Assembly (NCBI GenBank): GCA_045128735.1
Contig: JBGVRT010000017.1
Coordinates: 7,998-71,997 of the forward strand
DNA: 64,000 nt
DNA from: Eubacteriales bacterium
Lineage (GTDB): Bacteria; Bacillota; Clostridia; Oscillospirales; CAG-272
Direction: 5' to 3'
A model generated the notes under the pieces. That model did no database searches. It saw nothing but the letters and a program-made list of their open reading frames with translations, and was not told where the DNA came from. Both the position numbers and the translations under genes were made by a program. The stretch's first letter is position 1, and each line of letters starts with the position of its first letter. Shown here piece by piece: positions 37,840 through 47,136 of the stretch.

Positions 37840-38663
37840 CACAGCTTAACAAGGTAATACATGCCTGCGCAAAACTGCTTGCAATTCTTATGATTGCGGG
37901 AATATTTTTTTCCGCGGTGTCGTTTTTGGGTGACGTGTCCTTCTTTTTCTCAAGTGAAAAGGAGTATGTGACAGAAAAAAGCCTGACAGTCGAGGGCATC
38001 ATGTCACTTGACGTTGACCTTGAGGTGGCGGAGCTTATAATAGAGAACGGTGATATTCTTCACGCCGAAACCAACGGCAAGGAAATAAGCCTTTCTAAAG
38101 ACGGAAGCACGCTTAAGATAAAAGAGCGAAGCTCTATGAAAAAGCAAAAAGGAACAAAAGTCATTCTGACTGTTCCCTCTCTCGCAATATTTCAAGATGT
38201 AGATATCAGCATAGGCGCGGGCAAGCTCAGTGCCGACGAGCTTAGCGCCGTCAGCTTTTCACTTGACTTAGGCGCGGGAGACGTTGAGATAAACAAGCTT
38301 AACGCATCGTCACGCGCCGATATTGACTGCGGTGCGGGAAATCTTGACGTGGAATACGGCAGTATAAGCAACCTCGACCTTGAGGTTGGCGTGGGTGACG
38401 TTGACCTGCGTGCCGCTATATTTGGTGAATCCGAAATAGAATGCGGCTTAGGCGACCTTACGCTCACCCTCATAAACGGAAAAAAGCTTAACCGCATAGC
38501 CTGCGACGTGGGAATCGGCAATTTCAAGATTGACGGCGAAAAAATAAAGGGCAACACGGTTATAAACCACGGCGCAAACTCAATTGACATAAACGGCGGA
38601 GTCGGAAACGTAACGGTAATTTTTGCCGACCAAAACGGCGAAACCACAAAAGAATCCGAATAA
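37836..38663 (+). CDS. DUF4097-type putative adhesin/beta-helix protein with N-terminal TM anchor
   Basis: Repeated G(A/V)G(D/N)(L/V)(D/E) beta-strand motifs and an ATGA overlap with the upstream gene. Confidence 0.6.
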   Translation: MTQLNKVIHACAKLLAILMIAGIFFSAVSFLGDVSFFFSSEKEYVTEKSLTVEGIMSLDVDLEVAELIIENGDILHAETNGKEISLSKDGSTLKIKERSSMKKQKGTKVILTVPSLAIFQDVDISIGAGKLSADELSAVSFSLDLGAGDVEINKLNASSRADIDCGAGNLDVEYGSISNLDLEVGVGDVDLRAAIFGESEIECGLGDLTLTLINGKKLNRIACDVGIGNFKIDGEKIKGNTVINHGANSIDINGGVGNVTVIFADQNGETTKESE

Positions 38664-38674
38664 GGAGACATGAT

Positions 38675-39955
38675 ATGCAAAGCACTACACTTACAAAAAA
38701 AATTGAGATGAAAAAGAAATACGACGTCATCGTCTGCGGCGGCGGAGTTGCAGGCGTAGCGGCGGCGGTTACTGCGGCAAACGAGGGCTACTCCACGCTT
38801 CTTATCGAGAAATCCAACATTCTCGGCGGTCTCGGAACTCTTGGACTTATCAACCTTTTCGTGCCTATGTGCAACGGACGCGGAAAGCAGATAATATTCG
38901 GACTTTGCGAAAAGTGGACAAGACTTTCGGCAAAGCTCGGTTACGACTCTATTCCCGAGGAATGGAAGAACGGCGAGCCCAAAGAATACACCGAGGTAAG
39001 ATACACACAGAGATTTTCGCCTTACATCTTCGCGCTTCAGCTTATGGACGAGGTAACCTCGTCGGGCGTTGACCTGCTTTACGACTGCATTGCCTGCGAC
39101 CCTGTTATGGAGGGCAATATCTGCAAGGGTGTTCTCACCGAAAGCAAATCGGGCACCGAATATTACGGATGCAAGATGCTTATTGACACAACGGGAGACT
39201 GCGACGTGCTTCGCCGCGGCGGTGTTCCCACGGTTGCGGGTGAGAACTTCTTTACATACGCAGGAAAAATGATTTCGCTTGCAAGCTGTCAGAAGGCTAT
39301 CGACACAGGTGATATAAGAATGGCATTTACGGGAATTTCGGGCGGAAACATCAATCTTTGGGGCTACAAACAGCCTGAGGATATTCCCAAATGGTCGGGA
39401 CTTACGGTTGAGGAGGTCACAGACTATCTTATCACCAATCAGAAGGTTATGCTCGGCAAGCTCAAGGAAGAGGACAGAAAGACGCGCGAGATAACCCACC
39501 TGCCTATGATGCCCCAGTTCAGAACCACCTGCCACATCGCAGGCGATTACTCGCTTAAAATTGCCGATGCATACAAGCATTTTGACGACTCGGTCTGCGC
39601 GATAAACGACTTTGAACACCGCGACCACCTTTGGGAAGTACCGCTCCGCACACTTACACGCCGCGACTACCCCAATATGCTGACCGCAGGAAGAAGCGCT
39701 GACGGAACAGGTCACGCGTGGGATATGCTCCGCGTTATTCCCCCCGCAATACTCACGGGTCAGGCGGCGGCGCACGCGGCTTGTCTCGCCATAAAGGAAC
39801 AGACTGCTGCGGCAGGCGTTGACATTCGCACCCTTCAGAACAATCTCGAGAGAGACAACGTGATGATTCACTTCCCCGACGAGTATATCCCCGAGGACAG
39901 AACCGTCATTCTTCACGGCAAAAACGTCTCTGAGATTGAGGGCGGGCATTTATAA
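38675..39955 (+). CDS. FAD-dependent oxidoreductase (PF12831-like)
   Basis: Dinucleotide-binding motif YDVIVCGGGVAGVAAAV..A..G..TLLIEK. Confidence 0.8.
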   Translation: MQSTTLTKKIEMKKKYDVIVCGGGVAGVAAAVTAANEGYSTLLIEKSNILGGLGTLGLINLFVPMCNGRGKQIIFGLCEKWTRLSAKLGYDSIPEEWKNGEPKEYTEVRYTQRFSPYIFALQLMDEVTSSGVDLLYDCIACDPVMEGNICKGVLTESKSGTEYYGCKMLIDTTGDCDVLRRGGVPTVAGENFFTYAGKMISLASCQKAIDTGDIRMAFTGISGGNINLWGYKQPEDIPKWSGLTVEEVTDYLITNQKVMLGKLKEEDRKTREITHLPMMPQFRTTCHIAGDYSLKIADAYKHFDDSVCAINDFEHRDHLWEVPLRTLTRRDYPNMLTAGRSADGTGHAWDMLRVIPPAILTGQAAAHAACLAIKEQTAAAGVDIRTLQNNLERDNVMIHFPDEYIPEDRTVILHGKNVSEIEGGHL

Positions 39956-39958
39956 GGT

Positions 39959-40495
39959 ATGAAAGAATACACAAAAGCCAAAAAGCTTGTCCTCGCCGCA
40001 CTTTTTCTGGCGTTGGCTTATACTCTGCCCTTTATCACGGGGCAAATACGCGAAATCGGCGCAATGCTCTGCCCTATGCACCTGCCCGTGCTGCTGTGCG
40101 GATTTATCTGCGGTTGGCAATGGGGCTTGGCAGTGGGATTTACGGCTCCGCTTTTCCGCTCACTGACCTTGGGAATGCCTCGGCTTTTCCCCTCGGCGGT
40201 ATGCATGGCTGTTGAGCTTGCGGTCTACGGTGCGGTTGCGGGCATAATGCACCGTCTTATGCCGCAAAAAAAGCAATACATATACTGCTCGCTTCTGTGT
40301 GCAATGACTGCAGGCAGACTCGTGTGGGGCGCGGCTATGTTCGTGTGTATGGGCTTAAATGGCGGCAGTTTCGGGCTTTCGGCGTTCATTGCGGGCGCGT
40401 TTACAAACGCACTCCCCGGCATAATAGCGCAGATAATCCTCGTTCCCGCAATAGTTATGCTGGTTGAAAGTAAAAAGCTTGTAGGAAAAAAATAA
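39959..40495 (+). CDS. ECF-transporter S (substrate-capture) component-like membrane protein
   Basis: 178 aa with about 5-6 TM segments and the pattern typical of ECF S components. The substrate is unknown. Confidence 0.55.
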   Translation: MKEYTKAKKLVLAALFLALAYTLPFITGQIREIGAMLCPMHLPVLLCGFICGWQWGLAVGFTAPLFRSLTLGMPRLFPSAVCMAVELAVYGAVAGIMHRLMPQKKQYIYCSLLCAMTAGRLVWGAAMFVCMGLNGGSFGLSAFIAGAFTNALPGIIAQIILVPAIVMLVESKKLVGKK

Positions 40496-40505
40496 CAGTT
40501 TTCTA

Positions 40506-40534
40506 TTGACAAATCCCACTCGGTATGCTATACT
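40506..40534 (+). promoter_or_regulatory. sigma-A type promoter of a small-ORF transcript
   Basis: TTGACA, 17 nt spacer, TATACT. It is overlapped by the 7-bp inverted repeat CCCACTC-N13-GAGTGGG (40515-40541). Confidence 0.7.
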
Positions 40535-40575
40535 GAGTGGGCAATAATAAATTTCACGAAAAGGAGGCGAATATT

Positions 40576-40647
40576 ATGATGACCAATTTGTTTAAGAATT
40601 TGCATATTTCGGATGTCGTATCTTTCGCCTGCGTTTGTGTTTCATAG
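40576..40647 (+). CDS. 23-codon small ORF (MMTNLFKNLHISDVVSFACVCVS), candidate leader peptide or small peptide
   Basis: AAGGAGG SD 6-7 nt upstream, its own consensus promoter, and hairpin terminators directly downstream. It is below the ORF-track size cut-off. Confidence 0.45.
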   Translation: MMTNLFKNLHISDVVSFACVCVS

Positions 40648-40665
40648 GTCAGGCTGACTCTTTTT

Positions 40666-40692
40666 ACACATCCGTCCTCGGGTGTGTTTTTT
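40666..40692 (+). terminator. imperfect hairpin + T-run after the small ORF
   Basis: acacatccg-tcct-cgggtgtgt followed by TTTTT. Confidence 0.5.
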
Positions 40693-40699
40693 ATTGTTG

Positions 40700-40725
40700 C
40701 GGCGCACCCGTGGGTGCGCCTTTTG
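40700..40725 (+). terminator. intrinsic terminator
   Basis: ggcgcaccc-gt-gggtgcgcc followed by TTTT. Confidence 0.75.
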
Positions 40726-40800
40726 TTATTCCGCAAAAGCGCACTGACTAACACACGGAAAATATACAGAAAGTAGGTACAAGATCTTCCAATATACCGA

Positions 40801-40829
40801 TTGACAAAATAAAAAAATTATGATAGAAT
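40801..40829 (+). promoter_or_regulatory. sigma-A type promoter upstream of the ABC exporter leader
   Basis: TTGACA, 17 nt spacer, TGaTAGAAT. Confidence 0.65.
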
Positions 40830-40835
40830 AAAAGG

Positions 40836-40996
40836 GCTACACAAAGTTAATATTCGATTCATACGGGTATCTGTTTTTATTTCGGTAAAAGCGCATACTC
40901 CTTGTTTTCGTACCCTTATGGATCGTGAAAACTTTGTGTAGCAACAAACGGAGTCGCGTTTTTCGGTGCGTCTCTGTTTGAGACGCACTTTTTTGT
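40836..40996 (+). promoter_or_regulatory. structured 5' leader with terminator (unclassified attenuator/riboswitch candidate)
   Basis: A perfect 13-bp closing stem gctacacaaagtt / aactttgtgtagc (40836-40848 with 40930-40942) encloses a second imperfect 15-bp helix. The terminator gtgcgtctc-tgtttg-agacgcac + TTTTTT then follows, immediately before the SD of the ABC gene. Confidence 0.5.
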
Positions 40997-41007
40997 TGGA
41001 GGTCTAT

Positions 41008-42852
41008 ATGAGTAAAGAAAAGAAAGAAAAAAAGAAGAAATTACCTTTTAAGAGAACTGTCTCAAACAATTTGTTCGCTCTGCGTTCAATATGGGAGGCG
41101 TCGCCGATATACCTTGCAGTATACCTCGGCTCGTCCTTCATATACGGCACGTTAGACTTTTTGAGCTCGGGCTATTTGCTCAGACGTGTAGTAAACGGAA
41201 TTGACGCAGGCGAAAGCTTGAAAAGCATAGTTATGTACGTGGCAATACTAGGGCTTACCTGTCTTACCGCATACACCCTGCTCAACTGGTTTTGGAACGT
41301 TATCTCGCCCATAAAGGAGAGAAGGGTGGGCGCGCACGTTGAAAAGATGCTCTTTCGCAAGGCGGCGCAGGTTGAGCTTGCATGCTACGAAAATCCCGCA
41401 TTCTACGACAAATACGTCAAGGCTATGGACGAGGCGTACAACCGCATAATAAGCGTAATGAGAACGCTTGACAATCTCATTGCTCGCGTTATCGCGCTGT
41501 CGGCTAACTCGCTGTTGCTTTTTATCATTGACCCTTGGCTTATTGTCTTCGGGCTCTTCCCTCTCCTGCTTGGAATTTTCAAGCGTCTTGAAAACGTGGC
41601 AAACCACGACCTTGAGGTAGCCAAAAAGCCGATAATGAGACGCGCGGGCTACGTCAAGCGAACCTTTTACTTAGGCGAATACGCCAAGGAAATGAGAATA
41701 GGCGGAATGTATGAAAATATGCTCCGCGATCTCAGAGAAAGCTACAAGGATTATAAGGCTGTGACAGTAAAATACGGTCTTAAAAAGGCAATATACGGCT
41801 ATATCAGACAGGTTGGACTTGAGGTTGTCACGGTGCTTGGGGCGATGCTCTACTCTGTATGGAGTGCAATGGTCATAGGCGCGGAAAACGGCGGTATGAG
41901 CATAGGTGACTGCATTGTGGTGCTCAGCTCCATAGGCACTATCTCCTACTGTCTTAGCAGTCTTGTGCAGAATTTTGCCGAATTTGGCGAGCACGCGCTG
42001 TTCCTTGACGACGTGCGTTTCTTCCTTGACTACGAGCCAACGGTAAAAGGCGGCGAGCTGACCGCCCCCGATGACGGCGGTGATATTGAAGTAAAAAATA
42101 TTTGCTTCCGATACGAGGGCAGTGACAAGGACACCCTAAAGGACGTAAGCTTTCTGTGGCGTAAGGGCGAACGAATTGCGCTTGTAGGCAGCAACGGCTC
42201 GGGAAAAACCACTTTAATAAAGCTTCTCTTAAGGCTTTACGACCCCACAAAAGGCGAAATATCGGTGAACGGCGAGAACATAAAAAGCTTTTCGCTTAGT
42301 TCCTACCGCGAAAGCTTTGGAACGGTCTTTCAAGACTTCAAAATGTTCTCGATGAGCGTTAAGGACAACGTGCTTCTACGCCCCGCAAAGGACGGTGACG
42401 ACGAGCTTGTGACCCACGCGCTTAAGGAAAGCGGCGCGTACGATAAGATAAGCAGGCTCGACAAGGGTCTTGACACAATTCTCACCCGCGAATTTGACAA
42501 CAAGGGCGAAAATCTTTCGGTTGGCGAACAGCAAAAGCTGTCGCTTGCAAGGGTATTTGCCGACAAAACGCCCTTCGTGCTTTTGGACGAGCCTTCAAGC
42601 GCTCTCGACCCCATTGCGGAGTACACTATGTTTGAAAATATGATGCGCGCCACTGAAGGCAGAAGCGTTATATTTATTTCCCACAGGCTTTCGTCCGCGG
42701 TGCTTGCCGACAAGGTAATACTTATGGACGGCGGCAGTATAGCCGAGCAAGGCTCGCACAGGGAGCTTATGGCTAAAAACGGCAAATACGCGGCTATGTT
42801 TAAGAGACAAGCCGAAAACTATCTCGGAAGCGAGGTGGCTTCAAATGAGTAA
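41008..42852 (+). CDS. ABC exporter, fused permease/ATPase (heterodimer subunit 1)
   Basis: Start at MSKEKKEKKKK with GGAGG SD. Walker A GSNGSGKTT, signature LSVGEQQK and Walker B VLLDEP. Confidence 0.9.
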   Translation: MSKEKKEKKKKLPFKRTVSNNLFALRSIWEASPIYLAVYLGSSFIYGTLDFLSSGYLLRRVVNGIDAGESLKSIVMYVAILGLTCLTAYTLLNWFWNVISPIKERRVGAHVEKMLFRKAAQVELACYENPAFYDKYVKAMDEAYNRIISVMRTLDNLIARVIALSANSLLLFIIDPWLIVFGLFPLLLGIFKRLENVANHDLEVAKKPIMRRAGYVKRTFYLGEYAKEMRIGGMYENMLRDLRESYKDYKAVTVKYGLKKAIYGYIRQVGLEVVTVLGAMLYSVWSAMVIGAENGGMSIGDCIVVLSSIGTISYCLSSLVQNFAEFGEHALFLDDVRFFLDYEPTVKGGELTAPDDGGDIEVKNICFRYEGSDKDTLKDVSFLWRKGERIALVGSNGSGKTTLIKLLLRLYDPTKGEISVNGENIKSFSLSSYRESFGTVFQDFKMFSMSVKDNVLLRPAKDGDDELVTHALKESGAYDKISRLDKGLDTILTREFDNKGENLSVGEQQKLSLARVFADKTPFVLLDEPSSALDPIAEYTMFENMMRATEGRSVIFISHRLSSAVLADKVILMDGGSIAEQGSHRELMAKNGKYAAMFKRQAENYLGSEVASNE

Positions 42853-44698
42853 AAAAATAAAACAGAAGTTTTCTTCGATTGTAAAAAACAATGTCACAAT
42901 GCTTGCAAAGATTGCAAGATACACACCCATATACTTCTTCCTTATGCTGAGTGAGGGAATTTTATGGGGCTTTATTCACTCGGCAGAGTCGATTTTCAAT
43001 TACAATCTGCTTAACACCGTGGACGGTGGAGATTTTGCGTACGCCGCAAAAATAATCGCCGTAATGGCAAGCTTTTGGATTCTTGCTTACGTGTTTGACA
43101 AGTGGTACTGGTGCATTATGAATCCGCTTATAAAGCGAAAGCTTCACCTCCGTATGCACGAGGAAATGTTCGTAAAGGCGCTGTCGCTTGACCTTTCCTG
43201 CTTTGACGACCCCGAGTTCTACAACGATTTCGTATGGGCGATGAACGAGTCCGACCAAAGGGCGGTTCAGGTTATTGAGGACACAGGAAAGCTTATTAAC
43301 CGCATTGTGGCTTCGGCAACCCTTTTCGGTCTGCTGTTTACGGTAGACCCGATTATTGCGGTAATACTTTTCCTTTCGTCGATTGTAACGGTAGTCTGCA
43401 ATCTTCTTGGCAACAAGGTCAGCTTCAAGCACAGCAAAGAGACAAATCCGCTTTGGAGAAAGAAAAATTACATAAACCGAGTTTACCACCTTGCCGACTA
43501 CGCAAAGGAGCTTCGCATACGCCGTGCCAACGAGCTTTTAATGGCTGAATACGACGAAAACACCGAAAAAATTATTGCCGCAGAAAAGAAATACGGTAAA
43601 AAATATTTCCTGCTCTACGGCTTGGGATGGAACGCGATTGGAACTCTGACTACCTTTGCGGTAACGCTTTACATGATATTTATGCTTGCACGCGGCGAGC
43701 TTGAGGTAGGCGGCTTTGCGGCAAGCGTTGGCGTGGTCTGGCGCATAAGATGGCTGCTTGTGGATATGATTGACCGCTTGACAAAATACGCCAAGCACTC
43801 GCTTTATATCGAAAAATATCTTGAATTTATGCGCTTTACCCCCGAAATAAAGGACGGAATCACAGACATTCCCGAATTTGAAAATCTTGAATTTTGCGAC
43901 GTAAGCTTTTCCTACGAGTTCTCGGCTCACCCCAAATACCGATTCCACGAGGAGGATTATGAGCCTCCCAAAAAGGAGGACGGCAAAAACGTGCTCTCTC
44001 ACGTTGACCTCAAGCTTTCTAAGGGCGACAAGATAGCCATTGTAGGCTACAACGGCGCAGGCAAGACCACACTTATCAAGCTTATTATGCGTCTGTATGA
44101 CCCCACCGAGGGTGAGATACTTTACAATGGCATAAACATAAAGGATTTCGAACCCACAGCATACAGAAAAAAGATTGGAACAGTATTTCAGGACTTCAAG
44201 ATATTCGCCACCTCGATTGCCGAAAACGTTATGAACGGCGGATATGATGAGCGCGACAGGCAAACCGTTATTTCGGCACTGAACACAGCCGACTTTGGCG
44301 ATAAGCTTGCAACGCTTGACGAGGGCATACACACCCACCTTACTCGCGAATTTAACGAAAAAGGAACAAACCTTTCGGGCGGTGAGTCGCAAAAGATTGC
44401 CATTTCGCGTGTTTTCGCCAAGAACTATCCCATAGTGATTATGGACGAGCCTTCCAGTGCACTTGACCCAATGGCTGAATACAACCTTAACCAATCAATC
44501 CTGCACAACACGGACGACAAAACGGTGATTTTCATTTCACACCGTCTTTCCACGACACGCATTGCGGACAAAATATATATGTTCGACCGCGGTGCGCTTG
44601 TGGAGGAAGGCAGCCACGCAGAGCTGCTTGAAAGAAAGGGCAAATATGCAGAAATGTTCCGCGTTCAGTCTGAAAAGTATCAAGATGACGAGGGATAA
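42845..44698 (+). CDS. ABC exporter, fused permease/ATPase (heterodimer subunit 2)
   Basis: 8-nt overlap with subunit 1. Walker A GYNGAGKTT, signature LSGGESQK and Walker B VIMDEP. Confidence 0.9.
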   Translation: MSKKIKQKFSSIVKNNVTMLAKIARYTPIYFFLMLSEGILWGFIHSAESIFNYNLLNTVDGGDFAYAAKIIAVMASFWILAYVFDKWYWCIMNPLIKRKLHLRMHEEMFVKALSLDLSCFDDPEFYNDFVWAMNESDQRAVQVIEDTGKLINRIVASATLFGLLFTVDPIIAVILFLSSIVTVVCNLLGNKVSFKHSKETNPLWRKKNYINRVYHLADYAKELRIRRANELLMAEYDENTEKIIAAEKKYGKKYFLLYGLGWNAIGTLTTFAVTLYMIFMLARGELEVGGFAASVGVVWRIRWLLVDMIDRLTKYAKHSLYIEKYLEFMRFTPEIKDGITDIPEFENLEFCDVSFSYEFSAHPKYRFHEEDYEPPKKEDGKNVLSHVDLKLSKGDKIAIVGYNGAGKTTLIKLIMRLYDPTEGEILYNGINIKDFEPTAYRKKIGTVFQDFKIFATSIAENVMNGGYDERDRQTVISALNTADFGDKLATLDEGIHTHLTREFNEKGTNLSGGESQKIAISRVFAKNYPIVIMDEPSSALDPMAEYNLNQSILHNTDDKTVIFISHRLSTTRIADKIYMFDRGALVEEGSHAELLERKGKYAEMFRVQSEKYQDDEG

Positions 44699-44700
44699 AA

Positions 44701-44732
44701 AACGGGGCTGTCTCGCAGAGACAGCCCCGTTA
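44701..44732. terminator. bidirectional intrinsic terminator
   Basis: Perfect 14-bp hairpin aacggggctgtctc-gcag-gagacagccccgtt between convergent genes. Confidence 0.8.
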
Positions 44733-44748
44733 ACTATTGGTTACCTAT

Positions 44749-47034
44749 TTAATTCTTGGGCTTGCGGATGCGGTTGAGCTGCTTATTCATCTTAAGAAGC
44801 TCCTCCTTGGTGAAGTTCACGTTCATCATTCCCATCATACTTGAGAGACGAAGAACCGTAAATCCACCCATCATTTCCATAAGTCCGCCGTCTGCCTTAA
44901 GGTCAACCTCAAAGCCGCCCGACTTCTTTTCGCCTGCGTCCTTGCCCTTCTTACTTGCGTTCATCTTTTTCTTGATCTTAAGACCCATAGAAATGAACCA
45001 AAGCTTTCCGCGCTTGGACTTCATAATGTCGGATATCTTGTCGTTGAGCGAATATCTGCCCTCGATCTCAACTACGTCAAACCAGTTAAGCACCGCTCCG
45101 ACTTCCTTGAGAACGTAGTCCATATTCATTTCGTCAACCTTGCGGATCTTGCCCTCGTCGCTGAGGTCGCCCGCCTTTGCCACGATAGTGGTTTCGCCCT
45201 CATTCTTTACGTCAAAGTAGAAGAAGTGGTCGGGCGCGGTCTTTTTGCCGATGCTCTCGCCGTTAACGAAGAGCTCTACCTCGGGCTGATTGGAGTAAAC
45301 GGTCACCTTTGTAACGTCCTCAACGCGGTCGATATATCTCTTACCGCAAAGGTGAACAAAGGGATCGTCGGACAGCCAAGCCTTATATGCGTAGAAGGCG
45401 TCCTTCTTATACTTTCTGTCCATAGTGATAAGACCCTTATGGTTCTGTCCGTTCTCGCCGCCCTCTGCTCTCGCGTCTGCGCCGAAGTCAAACATATTCC
45501 ATACGTGTGTCGCCCAGATATACTTACGACTGAAGAGCTGTTTGATAAGCTCCTCGTGGTAGAACGCCTGATACTCCTCGGAGTAGTCGCCCTGCTTGGG
45601 GTCGCTTGTATGCCAGTTGAGCGCCTCGCATCCGTACTCGCTGATACCTATCGGGATATTGGGGTGGATCTCGTGGAATTTATCGAACCAAGGTCCGTTC
45701 ATCGAGGTATCTCCGCCGTACCAACCGAAATAGTGGTTATAAGAAACAAGGTCGGGAATCTGGAGATATGGGTCGTCCATCTTGCACATAGAAACCGCCG
45801 CGATGGTGGTAAGACGCGTCTTATCCATTTCGTGAACAAGGTCGTTGAGTATGCGGTGATTCTCAAGAAGATCGTCATCGGAGCCGCCGATGGAGATTTC
45901 GTTGGAAAGTCCCCAAACGCAGATAGACGCGTGGTTATAATTCTGAGTGATAAGCTCCTTCATCTGCGAGATCGTGTTCTCGCGTCCGCCGGGCATATGC
46001 TTGGAGATATAGGGAATCTCCGCCCAGATAACCAGACCCTTTTCGTCGCAAAGGTCGTAGAAATACTGATCGTGCTGATAGTGAGCAAGGCGGATAGTAG
46101 TTGCGCCAACCTCCATAATAAGGTCGATATCCTCCTCGTGGTGCTCGGGAAGAAGCGCGTTTCCTATGCCGAGTCTGTCCTGGTGGCGCGATACGCCGCG
46201 AAGGGGGTATTCCTCACCGTTAAGGATAAATCCGTTATTGGGGTCAACCTTGAAGCTGCGGCAACCGAAGCGATTGCAAACGTTGTCAAGCACCTCACCG
46301 TTTTCAACGATCTCAACCTCACAGCAGTAGAGGTAGGGATCGCGGCGTCCGTGCCAAAGGTGAACGTCCTTAATCTCAAAAGTGACCTTCTTATCTGTGG
46401 ACTCAATCTTCTGAAGCTCGTTTTCGTCCTTATCGTAGATTGTATAAACGATAGTCTGACCCTCTGAGAGGTCGGTGGTATAAACCTCAACCTCAACGCT
46501 TGCGTCCTTGCCTTCGATTGCGGGGGTTATTTTAAGTCCGCTTCCGCCATAGTAATCAAGGTCAAAGTGAGCCTTATTCACAGCGATAAGATTTACGTTT
46601 CTGTAAAGACCGCCGTAGAAGGTAAAGTCAGCCATCTGGGGATAAACAGTATCATTGGGCGAGTTGTCAACGACAACCGCGATCTCGGTGTTTTCCGAAA
46701 GCTTTTCGGTGATATTTACGCGCCAGGTGGAGTAACCGCCGTCGTGGTGAGCAAGCTTTTCGCCGCCCACGTAAACGTCGGCAGAGGAGTTTGCTCCGCG
46801 GAACTCGAGGTAGTAAAGGTCAGCCTCGGGAAGCTCGGACTTTACGAGAGTTTTTACGTAAAGGCAAGAGCCTCTGAAGTAGTCGTTGCCGCCGTCCTGT
46901 CCGTCTGTTGCGTTCCAGGAATGAGGAAGAGTAACCTTCTCGCCCTCGCGTACAGCTATGTCAGCTGTGTTCTTGGCAAAAAGCCAGTTTTCATTTAAAT
47001 TAAGAATATTTCTCACGTTTTTTCTCCGTTTCAA
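44749..47034 (-). CDS. glycoside hydrolase family 2 (beta-galactosidase/beta-glucuronidase-like)
   Basis: 761 aa with a sugar-binding N-terminus (NENWLF), acid/base NHASICVWGLSNE, nucleophile region ISEYGCEA, and a C-terminal extra domain. Confidence 0.85.
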   Translation of the reverse strand: MKRRKNVRNILNLNENWLFAKNTADIAVREGEKVTLPHSWNATDGQDGGNDYFRGSCLYVKTLVKSELPEADLYYLEFRGANSSADVYVGGEKLAHHDGGYSTWRVNITEKLSENTEIAVVVDNSPNDTVYPQMADFTFYGGLYRNVNLIAVNKAHFDLDYYGGSGLKITPAIEGKDASVEVEVYTTDLSEGQTIVYTIYDKDENELQKIESTDKKVTFEIKDVHLWHGRRDPYLYCCEVEIVENGEVLDNVCNRFGCRSFKVDPNNGFILNGEEYPLRGVSRHQDRLGIGNALLPEHHEEDIDLIMEVGATTIRLAHYQHDQYFYDLCDEKGLVIWAEIPYISKHMPGGRENTISQMKELITQNYNHASICVWGLSNEISIGGSDDDLLENHRILNDLVHEMDKTRLTTIAAVSMCKMDDPYLQIPDLVSYNHYFGWYGGDTSMNGPWFDKFHEIHPNIPIGISEYGCEALNWHTSDPKQGDYSEEYQAFYHEELIKQLFSRKYIWATHVWNMFDFGADARAEGGENGQNHKGLITMDRKYKKDAFYAYKAWLSDDPFVHLCGKRYIDRVEDVTKVTVYSNQPEVELFVNGESIGKKTAPDHFFYFDVKNEGETTIVAKAGDLSDEGKIRKVDEMNMDYVLKEVGAVLNWFDVVEIEGRYSLNDKISDIMKSKRGKLWFISMGLKIKKKMNASKKGKDAGEKKSGGFEVDLKADGGLMEMMGGFTVLRLSSMMGMMNVNFTKEELLKMNKQLNRIRKPKN

Positions 47035-47095
47035 TAAAGGTTTTAAGTTTATTTTACCGCTAAAATGTTAATAGGATATTACGGTGAAGTATATT

Positions 47096-47129
47096 TTCAA
47101 AAGTCGGCGTCCGCAGAGCGGACACCGAC
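47096..47129 (-). terminator. intrinsic terminator after the GPH symporter gene
   Basis: Minus strand gtcggtgtccgc-tctg-cggacgccgac followed by TTTTG. Confidence 0.7.
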
Positions 47130-47136
47130 GGGGTTA

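Noticed and set aside
38192-39949. 585-aa minus-strand ORF opposite the DUF4097 and FAD-oxidoreductase genes
   Set aside because: This is the same antisense-in-register artefact. The + strand genes have a Rossmann GxGxxG motif, SD sites and operon spacing, and the antisense product has no recognisable features.
40554-40754. 66-aa minus-strand ORF overlapping the small-ORF locus
   Set aside because: It runs antisense through a consensus promoter, an SD and two terminators that are all oriented on the + strand. It has no SD of its own.
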